From positions 1 through 47,830 of the forward strand of contig JBNKHE010000012.1 of the NCBI GenBank assembly GCA_050290185.1: a DNA stretch of 47,830 bases. Direction: 5' to 3'. Source of the stretch: Pontiella sp. (lineage in GTDB: Bacteria > Verrucomicrobiota > Kiritimatiellia > Kiritimatiellales > Pontiellaceae). Numbering within the stretch: position 1 is the stretch's first letter; each line of letters begins with the position of its first letter. Below the pieces are notes generated by a model. It was not told the origin of the DNA. It was given only the letters and a program-made list of their open reading frames with translations, and did no database searches. This document shows positions 28,640 to 36,803 of the stretch, piece by piece. A program made the translations under genes and the position numbers.

Positions 28640-29761
28640 ATGAAAAACCTCCCTGAATGGCTAAATCCCGAACCGTGGCTGAACAAACAGCACACGGCCG
28701 CCGATGTTGAACGGGCGCTTTATGCCGACTCGCCGAACGAAGCAACCCTGGCCGCCCTGCTCTCGCCGGCGGCCGCTGAATTCCTGGAACCCATGGCACA
28801 GCGCGCGCAATCGATTACACGCCGCCACTTTGGTCGGACCATGTCGCTCTACACCCCGCTCTATCTTTCCAACTACTGCAACGGCGGCTGCCTCTACTGC
28901 GGGATTGCAGGCGACCGCCGCGCCAAGCGCGCGGTACTCGACGAGCCCCAGCTTCGCCATGAGATGCAGGCCATCAGGAACATGCATCTGGAGGAACTGG
29001 TGCTGCTGACCGGTGAACGCATGCCGGAGGCCGACGTCCCCTATCTTCGCGACTGCATTGCCATCGCATCCGAATATATCCACAATGTCACCATCGAGGT
29101 TTTCCCGATGGCGGAGCATGAATACCGCACACTGGCCGAAGCGGGATGCACGGGCATTTCCCTCTATCAGGAAACCTACGATCCGGTCGTGTACGAAAAG
29201 ATGCACCGCTGGGGAGATAAGCGTGATTTCTTCAACCGGATCGATGCCGCCGACCGCGCCCTACGCGGCGGCCTTCGCACCATTGGAATCGGCGCCCTGC
29301 TCGGCCTGGCCGATCCGCGCTTTGATATGCTTTGCGTCTATCGCCACGCCAAGCACCTGCTGAAAACCTATTGGCAGGCAGGCGTTTCGATCTCCTTCCC
29401 CCGCATCAACCCTCAGCTTGGTGGTTTCCGGGCCGATCATCCGGTCGATGAAAAAATGCTGGCGCAGATCATTTTTGCGATGCGTATCTGTCTGCCGGAA
29501 ATCCCGCTGGTGCTTTCCACCCGCGAACCGGCCCGCGTCCGCGACGGCCTAGCCGGCGTCGGCGTCTCCAAGATGAGCGTCGCCAGCAAGACCACGGTCG
29601 GCGGCTACAGCGACGACTCGGAGGAATCGACCGAACAATTCGAAATCAGCGACGAGCGCGACATCCCCACCTTTTGCGAGATGCTCCGCGCCAAAGGACT
29701 CGAACCGGTCTTCAAAAACTGGGACGCCACCTACCGCGAACCGGCGCATTACGGCCGGTAG
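28640..29761 (+). CDS. thiH: 2-iminoacetate synthase (radical SAM)
   Basis: PLYLSNYCNGGCLYCG (CxxxCxxC), YQETY, G.GALLGL, SISFPR, LSTRE, QFEISDER, KNWD. Confidence 0.94.
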   Translation: MKNLPEWLNPEPWLNKQHTAADVERALYADSPNEATLAALLSPAAAEFLEPMAQRAQSITRRHFGRTMSLYTPLYLSNYCNGGCLYCGIAGDRRAKRAVLDEPQLRHEMQAIRNMHLEELVLLTGERMPEADVPYLRDCIAIASEYIHNVTIEVFPMAEHEYRTLAEAGCTGISLYQETYDPVVYEKMHRWGDKRDFFNRIDAADRALRGGLRTIGIGALLGLADPRFDMLCVYRHAKHLLKTYWQAGVSISFPRINPQLGGFRADHPVDEKMLAQIIFAMRICLPEIPLVLSTREPARVRDGLAGVGVSKMSVASKTTVGGYSDDSEESTEQFEISDERDIPTFCEMLRAKGLEPVFKNWDATYREPAHYGR

Positions 29762-29785
29762 CGTCCCGAATCATCAATACCTCGC

Positions 29786-32560
29786 TCAGCTTGTTACCTT
29801 CGGCCGAAGAAATATTTTACGAACCCCGTCATCAAAAAGTTCCGTCCGCCTGCCGTCGTATTCCACGGATACGGTCTCTGTTCCTCCGGGATGGTTCATT
29901 TCAATCTCGTATAGATCCTTGAGGCCTCGGCTCCCGGCATAGTGGATCTTCATCTGGTAATGATCTCCTTTGACCCGATTGAAAACCGTGAGCCGAGTCA
30001 TGCCCTTGCCCGATGGCATCAGCATGATAGTTCCCGCGGCACCGCCGTCCTCCTTGATGATGCAGAATTCCGTATCGGCAAAAAACCGGCGGCTCGAATC
30101 GTTCCCGGACCCAGCGATCGCTTTTTCCCCTGTAACATAGGGTAGAAGTTCCTCAAGGTTTGCTGACTTATCAAGCACGGTTCCCTTGTCGTTCAACAGA
30201 TAGGCTTCCGGATAGCTTACCTCTCCCATGCCCAACATGTAATTGGTCTCCAGGATATTTTCCACGCTTCCATAGATGAGGGAAACCTTCAAACCGAAAG
30301 CCTTGCCCGGCACCGATATACTGGACGAACTCCTCCATCGGTCAACAAGCTGCACCACCGCGACGTCCTTATCCGGCCCGATCAAGTGCGCCAAGTATTC
30401 CGAGTTAAACATGCCGCACTCATAACCCAGCAGCACAGGCTTGCCTTGATAATCATCCATCGTCTGTTTTGATCCGTCCGAGACGAGCATGAACCGAAGA
30501 TTGGGCATCCGGTCGCCGACCGCCACGCGCTCGGGGCGATTGGTCAAAACCATGATCGTACCCAGATCCATAGCATCGACTCCGGGCCCAACCTGGAATT
30601 CCAGCGAAGCACCGCCCAGCGGCCTGTGCTCATACTTGTCGGCATCACCCGAAACATACGCGAAAACTCCTAGGCGATAGGATCCCGGACGCACGTGATC
30701 CAGCGAAAAATAGCCTTGCTCGTCGCAGGCAACCATCTGGTGGTTCACTTGCCGGTCGACAAAGGCCAGGCCTTCATCCGAGCGCCAAAACCGATCGACT
30801 TGCTCCGGATTTTCATACGGGTCCAAGCGAAGCGCCGGATCTCGGGAAAAGTCCAGAATCTCATCCACAAACACCCGGGACTTCCGGAAAGGAACAGGGA
30901 CAGCGGACCAATCAATCCGGCCCTGCACCTGCCTGCCATTCTGGCTGAGCTCGACCTCCGAGGTAGAGCCAGACAGCACTCCCACGCCCTTTGCCGGCAT
31001 GACGGAAATATCGTACCTGCCATCGGAAGACGTACGGGCACATCGGTAGATTCCAGGAACGATCCGCTCAAGCACAAAACGTCCGTCTAGATCGGTTATC
31101 GCACTATAATGCCACTCCACATCGACATGATCGAACTGGCTGGACCGGAGCATCACCGGGTGCAGACCAACTGGTTCGTTCGCAACAACTTTTCCTCCCA
31201 ACCGCATCCGCCCCTCGACACGGCCCCAAGGCTGGAGAATCAGCTCCCGCCCGGACTCCCACTGCTTGCGGGTCAGGATCAACGTGCCGGCATCATGTAC
31301 AACCACCAGCTTGAAGCGTCCATCCACCTGCGGGATTTCAAACCGTCCGGACTCGTCGGCCTTCGCCTGATGCCTTCCGCGCACCTTCACGTCCCCGTCC
31401 TCGGCATAGACCATTTTCTTGTGCGTGGCCATGTAGACCTGGGCATGCGCCGCGGGCGAACCGTCGGGAAGAAGAACCACCCCCGTGAAGGACTTCCGGG
31501 GAATCAGCGAACAACCCGCAACGGCAAGAACCGCCACCATCGCCAAACTCAAGGACAACGCAATCCATCGGCGGCGCAGCGGAAGTTGCCGCAGCGTTTT
31601 CGGCAAACGCTCCAGCCGATACCGTACGTTGCTCTTCCATACAAAGGCCAAGCCCATGTGGGCAACCGAAGCGTGGGCGTGCAGCGCAATTTCAGCCACG
31701 ACGCCCTGATAGTGCCGGGGACTGTCCATCAGTCGGGCAGAAGTGGAGTCCGCAATCAGCTCGCAGGCATCCACGTGCGCCCGCCGCATGAACCACGCGA
31801 GAGGATGGAACCACAACGCCGTTCCCAATACCCGCAGGTAGCCATTCCAGAACAGATCCCGGGAGCGGACATGGGAAAATTCATGCCCCAGCACGGCGGG
31901 AAGCCGAGCCCGCCCGTCGCACCCGCACAAATATCCAGGCAACAATAGAACGGGCTTCCCGAGCCAAATCAATACAGGTGACTGAACGGCCGAAACCACG
32001 CGAAGACGCACGGCCTTTTTCAGCCCGAGCCCTTCACGGATGCGGCCGGCAGCTTGCACCACGCTGTCCGGCACCGATTGGGAACGTTGCAGAATCCGGC
32101 GCAACTGGACAAATCCAAGCAACATCCGCAGACCTCCAAGACAAACGCCAACCATCCAAACCGATAGCAGCACCGGCCTCCAAGGGAAACGATGTTTTTC
32201 AGGCAGAGCGCGGTGTTCAATGGACATGGAGATCTGCTGAAGATCGGGATTGTCTCCTGCCGTCTCAGATGTTTCAAGAACCGGCTCAACGGCAACCGGG
32301 GCCACAGCCTTGCTCGACGGCTCCACCGACGAGAGGCGGACCGGCACAACGACCTTCGGCACCACATTGGAAAACATCATGACCGCAAGTAACAGACCGG
32401 CTATCCCGGTAAAACGCCAAAGATGAACCCGCCACTGTGGATTGGCCGCATGCAACAACCCGTGAAGTCCCCAGGAAATGAACAAAAGCAGGCTAAGCTT
32501 CACGAGGAACCCTTCCACACCCCCGGCCTGGAGTAGATATTCAAACCCATGCCCAATCAT
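29786..32560 (-). CDS. BlaR1-like M56 metallopeptidase signal transducer with non-PBP extracellular domains
   Basis: N-terminal TMs, HEFSH zinc motif, W.HPL.W, E..AD; then carboxypeptidase-regulatory-like beta domains and a thioredoxin-like segment. Confidence 0.85.
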   Translation of the reverse strand: MIGHGFEYLLQAGGVEGFLVKLSLLLFISWGLHGLLHAANPQWRVHLWRFTGIAGLLLAVMMFSNVVPKVVVPVRLSSVEPSSKAVAPVAVEPVLETSETAGDNPDLQQISMSIEHRALPEKHRFPWRPVLLSVWMVGVCLGGLRMLLGFVQLRRILQRSQSVPDSVVQAAGRIREGLGLKKAVRLRVVSAVQSPVLIWLGKPVLLLPGYLCGCDGRARLPAVLGHEFSHVRSRDLFWNGYLRVLGTALWFHPLAWFMRRAHVDACELIADSTSARLMDSPRHYQGVVAEIALHAHASVAHMGLAFVWKSNVRYRLERLPKTLRQLPLRRRWIALSLSLAMVAVLAVAGCSLIPRKSFTGVVLLPDGSPAAHAQVYMATHKKMVYAEDGDVKVRGRHQAKADESGRFEIPQVDGRFKLVVVHDAGTLILTRKQWESGRELILQPWGRVEGRMRLGGKVVANEPVGLHPVMLRSSQFDHVDVEWHYSAITDLDGRFVLERIVPGIYRCARTSSDGRYDISVMPAKGVGVLSGSTSEVELSQNGRQVQGRIDWSAVPVPFRKSRVFVDEILDFSRDPALRLDPYENPEQVDRFWRSDEGLAFVDRQVNHQMVACDEQGYFSLDHVRPGSYRLGVFAYVSGDADKYEHRPLGGASLEFQVGPGVDAMDLGTIMVLTNRPERVAVGDRMPNLRFMLVSDGSKQTMDDYQGKPVLLGYECGMFNSEYLAHLIGPDKDVAVVQLVDRWRSSSSISVPGKAFGLKVSLIYGSVENILETNYMLGMGEVSYPEAYLLNDKGTVLDKSANLEELLPYVTGEKAIAGSGNDSSRRFFADTEFCIIKEDGGAAGTIMLMPSGKGMTRLTVFNRVKGDHYQMKIHYAGSRGLKDLYEIEMNHPGGTETVSVEYDGRRTELFDDGVRKIFLRPKVTS

Positions 32561-32940
32561 GATTCCCCCCGATCCTGCTGGTCGGCATAGGCCTTCAAAG
32601 CCTCAATATCCTCCGGCGACAGCTTTTCGGTCTTCACCAGATTCAGCACCATTGAAGCAACGGAACCGTTGAAATAGGTTTCCACCAAATCGCCCAGCTG
32701 GCGCTGCCACGCCTTGGTTTGCCGTGTTTTCGCCTTGTAGAAATACGCCTTGCCCACCTTGTGGCGGGACACATGCCCCTTCTCCAACAGAATCGACAAA
32801 TAGGACCGCAACGCCGGATTCTTGATCGGGCGCGAAAAGTATTCCTGAATCTGCGCGGGTTTCAGTTCCCCATGCTCCCAAAGCACTTTCATGACTTCGA
32901 GCTCACCGGCCGTCAGTGTATTGTTTTTCTCGTCTTTCAT
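32557..32940 (-). CDS. BlaI/MecI/CopY-family repressor
   Basis: LT.GELEVMKVLWE.G, L..L.EKG.V.R...GKAY.Y, YFNGS...MV..LV....LS.EDI..L; start moved to ATG 32940. Confidence 0.92.
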   Translation of the reverse strand: MKDEKNNTLTAGELEVMKVLWEHGELKPAQIQEYFSRPIKNPALRSYLSILLEKGHVSRHKVGKAYFYKAKTRQTKAWQRQLGDLVETYFNGSVASMVLNLVKTEKLSPEDIEALKAYADQQDRGES

Positions 32941-33001
32941 ATGTGCAGATATACCTGCATGTTTGAGCAAGGTCAACCTCCATGTGCAGATATTTCTGCA
33001 T
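32941..33001 (-). promoter_or_regulatory. blaI promoter with two palindromic operators
   Basis: ATGTGCAGATATACCTGCAT (32941-60) and ATGTGCAGATATTTCTGCAT (32982-33001), each TGCAG-N6-CTGCA; minus-strand TTGACC-17-TATATC. Confidence 0.75.
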
Positions 33002-33013
33002 ATTAAAATTAAT

Positions 33014-33091
33014 ACCGGCGTTCTCTGCAATGGCGGGATATCCGGATTCGGCATTTCAACGATGAGCGTGGCGAGTAAAACCACCCTCGGC
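33014..33091 (+). pseudogene. Diverged internal fragment of thiH
   Basis: Encodes NGGISGFGISTMSVASKTTLG versus ThiH DGLAGVGVSKMSVASKTTVG (about 29543-29602). Confidence 0.75.
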
Positions 33092-33105
33092 GCACTCCAG
33101 GGAGG

Positions 33106-33324
33106 CTACGCCGCTTTATAGAAAATCATCGTGTCGGCCTGGGTGCATCCACCGGCGCAGCCAGTCTTGCACGGTAGCTCGACCTTGATGATCTTGCCTT
33201 TGCGCACAAGCAGTTCGAGCATTGGATGCAGCGCGCTCGATTCGATATCGAGCGCGAGGCCAATCTCCTGGACGGAGAGGGCACCCCCGCGCTCGTTGAG
33301 TAGTTTGACGATGCTACTTAGCAT
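33106..33324 (-). CDS. feoC: FeoC-like winged-helix protein
   Basis: 72 aa; S..EI...L.I...AL..ML..LVRKGKI, C-terminal CxxxCxxxC; overlaps the feoB end. Confidence 0.8.
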   Translation of the reverse strand: MLSSIVKLLNERGGALSVQEIGLALDIESSALHPMLELLVRKGKIIKVELPCKTGCAGGCTQADTMIFYKAA

Positions 33325-35611
33325 CGATCACACCTCTTTTCCCGGCGATCCGAAGTCCAATGTAGAGCATGAAGAGAATGGCAAAACACAAGACAATCCA
33401 ACCGGCCGAAATATTCGGATGCAAGGCGAACGTGCTGAACTGGAAGTACAGGGTTGCAACCACCCAGGCGAGCATCGTGAGATAGGAAACGGCAAAGACC
33501 ATCCACTTCGCGCCGATCTCGCGCCCGATCGCCGCCATGGCCGCGACGCAAGGCGCATAGATCAGAACAAACAGCAGATAGGCAAAGGCCGCCCGTTCCG
33601 GCGTTTTACCAAAGTGCGCAACCATCGTATCGTATTTGCTTCTATCGTCCGTCTGGATCTCGCCCATGGCGCCTGAAAGGCCCAACGGATCGAGGAGGCT
33701 TTGTCCAAACCCTTCGAATCCGGCGGGAATCGCCGCAAAGGCATCGATGATTCCATTCCAGAAATCAAACGCGACCGGCGCGTTGGCTGCGACATCGGCA
33801 TTCTGTCCTTCCAGCTGCCCATAGATCGAATCCAGCGTACCGACAACGGCCTCCTTGGCGAAGATTCCGGTGAACAAACCAACCGTGGCGGGCCAGTTTT
33901 TGTCCTCGATCCCCATGGGGCGGAACACCGGGGTGACCTTGCGACTCATGGCGCTGAGCACCGATTTACTCGAATCGCTGTTACCGAACGATCCATCGGT
34001 GCCCATCGAATTGAGGAATCCGAGCACCGCCACAATCAGCAGGATCACCTTGCCCGCCTTGATGATGAACGATTTCAGCCGGTGCCAGGTGTGGAACATG
34101 ACGCCGCTTAGAGTCGGCATGTGGTAGGGCGGCAACTCCATCACAAAACTGGAGACTTCGCCGCGCAACAACGTATTCTTAAAAAGCAGGCCGGTCATGA
34201 TGGCCAGCGCGATGCCGATCATGTAGATGCTGAATATGACGACGCCTCCCCGTTGCGGGAAGAAGGCCGCCGCAAACAGGGTGTAGACCGGCAGGCGCGC
34301 GCCGCACGACATGAACGGATTCATCAAAACCGCCAGGATGCGGTCGCGCCGGCTCTCCAGCGTGCGTGTGGCCATGATGCCCGGCACGTTGCAGCCGAAC
34401 CCGACGATCATCGGGATGAACGCCTTGCCGGGCAGCCCGATCGACCGCAGAAAATGGTCCATCACAAAGGCCGCGCGCGACATGTAACCCGAGTCTTCCA
34501 GGAAAGAGAGGCACAGGAAGATGAAGAAGATCGGCGGAATGAAGGTCGAAACCGTCTGGATGCCGCCGCCGATGCCATCGGCGAGGATCGCGACCAGCCA
34601 GGCCGGCGTGCTGAGCGATCCGAGCAGATGCCCGAAACCATCCACAAAGATCGTCCCGCAGAGTCCATCGAAAAAATCGATGAACGGCCCCCCCACATTC
34701 ATGGTGATGGCAAAGACCAGATACATGACGAAAAAGAACACGGGGAACCCAAGCACCTTGTTGAGCACGACTTTATCCACGGCATCGGAAAAGCTTTTGC
34801 GCGCCTTGTCGCTGCCGGCGGTGACATCGCGCGCCAGACCGTGGATGAATCCGTAGCGGCCGTCGGCGATGATCATGTCAGTGTCCTCGCCCACGATGCG
34901 CTCCACCTTCCTAAGCTCATGCTCGAGATCCGGCAGCTGCGCCTTGTCGGTGCCGAGGATTTCCAGGGCCAGTTCATCCTTTTCCAGCAACTTGATGGCC
35001 AGCCAGCGGGCAGACACCTTTTTGGAAAGCGCCACGTCGGCCAGGCTGATTTCCAGCGAATGCAAAACCTCCTCGATGTCCTTCTCGTATTCGACGCGGA
35101 CCCCGGGCCTATGATGCGTTTTGCTGATCTTGCAGATGGCATCGCGCAGGTCGTCGATCCCATTCTTTTTCGATGCGACCACCGGAACAACCGGGCAGCC
35201 GAGGTGCTTCTCCAAATGTTCGACTTCGATGCGGATGCCGCGCTGCTTCGCCATGTCCATCATGTTCAGCGCCACGACCACCGGCACATGCATTTCCAGC
35301 AACTGGGTCGTGAGATAGAGGTTGCGCTCGAGGTTGGAGGCATCGATGACGTTCACCACCACATCGGGCGCATCGAACAGGATGTGCTTGCGGGCCACTT
35401 CCTCGTCCGGCGAGAGCGCCGAAAACGAGTAGATTCCGGGTAGATCGGTCACTTCGATGGTGGCATCGCAGTGGGTGTATTCCCCCATCACGCGCTCAAC
35501 GGTCACGCCCGGCCAGTTGCCGACCTGCTGGCGGGCGCCGGTCAGAGCGTTGAAGACGGTGGTCTTCCCGCAGTTGGGATTGCCGGTCAGGGCAATTTGG
35601 AGATTTTTCAT
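33314..35611 (-). CDS. feoB: Ferrous iron transporter B
   Basis: GNPNCGKTT, VGNWPGVTVE, DLPG.YS, LNMMD; membrane domain EDSGY.SR, GFGCNVP, SCGARLP, Y.PC.A. Confidence 0.98.
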   Translation of the reverse strand: MKNLQIALTGNPNCGKTTVFNALTGARQQVGNWPGVTVERVMGEYTHCDATIEVTDLPGIYSFSALSPDEEVARKHILFDAPDVVVNVIDASNLERNLYLTTQLLEMHVPVVVALNMMDMAKQRGIRIEVEHLEKHLGCPVVPVVASKKNGIDDLRDAICKISKTHHRPGVRVEYEKDIEEVLHSLEISLADVALSKKVSARWLAIKLLEKDELALEILGTDKAQLPDLEHELRKVERIVGEDTDMIIADGRYGFIHGLARDVTAGSDKARKSFSDAVDKVVLNKVLGFPVFFFVMYLVFAITMNVGGPFIDFFDGLCGTIFVDGFGHLLGSLSTPAWLVAILADGIGGGIQTVSTFIPPIFFIFLCLSFLEDSGYMSRAAFVMDHFLRSIGLPGKAFIPMIVGFGCNVPGIMATRTLESRRDRILAVLMNPFMSCGARLPVYTLFAAAFFPQRGGVVIFSIYMIGIALAIMTGLLFKNTLLRGEVSSFVMELPPYHMPTLSGVMFHTWHRLKSFIIKAGKVILLIVAVLGFLNSMGTDGSFGNSDSSKSVLSAMSRKVTPVFRPMGIEDKNWPATVGLFTGIFAKEAVVGTLDSIYGQLEGQNADVAANAPVAFDFWNGIIDAFAAIPAGFEGFGQSLLDPLGLSGAMGEIQTDDRSKYDTMVAHFGKTPERAAFAYLLFVLIYAPCVAAMAAIGREIGAKWMVFAVSYLTMLAWVVATLYFQFSTFALHPNISAGWIVLCFAILFMLYIGLRIAGKRGVIDAK

Positions 35612-35835
35612 TTTTTTTCCACCTCCAGCACATTGGCTTCATCGCTGCGAAGCACCAGCCGCGAGCCCCTGACCTCGATTTCAATCGGACCTCCGAACGG
35701 CGCCTTGCGCACCACCTTGAACACGGCGTTGCGGTTCAGCCCCATGCGCAGCAGTTTCTGGCGGTATGCCGGATCCGATGTGCTAAAACCCGTCACCTCG
35801 GCTTCATTCCCAACCTTCAATTCCTTGAGCTTCAT
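35608..35835 (-). CDS. feoA: Ferrous iron transport protein A
   Basis: KLLRMGL, V.RKAPFGGPIEI.VRG..L.LR..EA. Confidence 0.93.
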   Translation of the reverse strand: MKLKELKVGNEAEVTGFSTSDPAYRQKLLRMGLNRNAVFKVVRKAPFGGPIEIEVRGSRLVLRSDEANVLEVEKK

Positions 35836-36090
35836 CCTTTTTCATCTCCTTAAAAGCATATTCCGGAGCGCAACTGCCCCTCCAAAGCATTATCCACCGA
35901 AGGATCACCGGATGGATTAACGATATACTGCACCCCCGGCTGAATTGAAATCGCCGGTGTGATTATAAATCCATAGAACGCTTCAATCGCCAGCTCATCT
36001 TCTCATTCCTTCAACACGCCCACCCACCCTATGGAACCATCCGGCGCCTTAAATGTTCGTTTTACCACCCCGGGCCCAACCCTACGCCAT

Positions 36091-36290
36091 TTAATTCTTC
36101 AAACAGCGCATGGAGCTTTCAACCACATAGCGATACCGCTTGCCGCAATGGACGAGATCTCTTTCTGGCCCTTCTTCAGGATTTTGAAATCGATGTGCAG
36201 CACACCGTAGCCATCATGCTCGACGAGCATGCTGTACAGCGCGCTGATCCGTTTTTTCACCTCTTTCGTGGCAATCGGCCATAAATCCAT
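36091..36290 (-). pseudogene. Small feo-associated hypothetical gene with a 1-nt frameshift (pseudogene or sequencing error)
   Basis: HDGYG..I.FKILKKGQKEI continues in another frame as LVHCGKRYRYVVESSMRCLKN-stop (36091); adding one C near 36156 joins the frames. Confidence 0.6.
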
Positions 36291-36312
36291 TCCTGCTTAA
36301 AAATTGCGGGAA

Positions 36313-36340
36313 AATTTAGACATTATCTCAACAGGGTCAA
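36313..36340 (-). promoter_or_regulatory. Putative feo-region promoter overlapped by an imperfect palindrome
   Basis: Minus-strand TTGACC-16-TAAATT; GTTGAGA-TAATG-TCTAAAT (36332-36314) lies across the spacer and -10. Confidence 0.45.
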
Positions 36341-36597
36341 ACCTAATCGCCTACTTTTTGCTGCGCCTAACATTTTCACGTACACCAGCAAAACCGGTCA
36401 TTATTCAACGTAACATAAGCAGGAAGGGTTGCCAGAAAACAGCGGGAAGTCCTATTGCCCGACGGTTTAAAAACAGCGGAAACAGGCCTTGGACAAGGAG
36501 GGGTTCTGGCGGCAGGTACGGGATCATCGGGAAAGGCATCCTGCAATGCCTGTTGATTCCGTCGATATAAACAGCGGGCAGAGTGCCCTGAAAAAAA

Positions 36598-36672
36598 TGG
36601 AGCCGGCGGTCAGAGTCGAACTGACGACCAACGGATTACAAATCCGTTGCTCTGCCACTGAGCTACGCCGGC
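36598..36672 (-). tRNA. tRNA-Thr(TGT)
   Basis: Reverse complement GCCGGCGTAGCTCAGTGGCAGAGC-AACGGA-TT-TGT-AA-TCCGTT...GTTCGACT...GGCTCCA; upstream TTGACA-16-CATAAT (36715-36688). Confidence 0.96.
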
Positions 36673-36803
36673 TCAAAGGAACGGCGAATTATGCGAATAC
36701 TCGGAGCAATGTCAATACACCGGATTCGCTATTTCTTTTTCCGAACCATCTGCTTTAATCTCGGAAGTTGCTGCCGCGATATGCGCAGCGCAAGGGGAAA
36801 GAA

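Noticed and set aside
29786..32940. Beta-lactam resistance locus
   Set aside because: No penicillin-binding sensor domain and no beta-lactamase or mecA-like gene adjacent.
36304..36597. ORFs 36304-36570 and 36489-36758, or a riboswitch upstream of feo
   Set aside because: The ORFs lack motifs and the second overlaps tRNA-Thr antisense; I recognised no cobalamin, NiCo or yybP consensus.
33106..36672. Genomic island integrated at tRNA-Thr (or at tRNA-Glu)
   Set aside because: No integrase, and I found no duplicated tRNA 3' end (att site) in the window.
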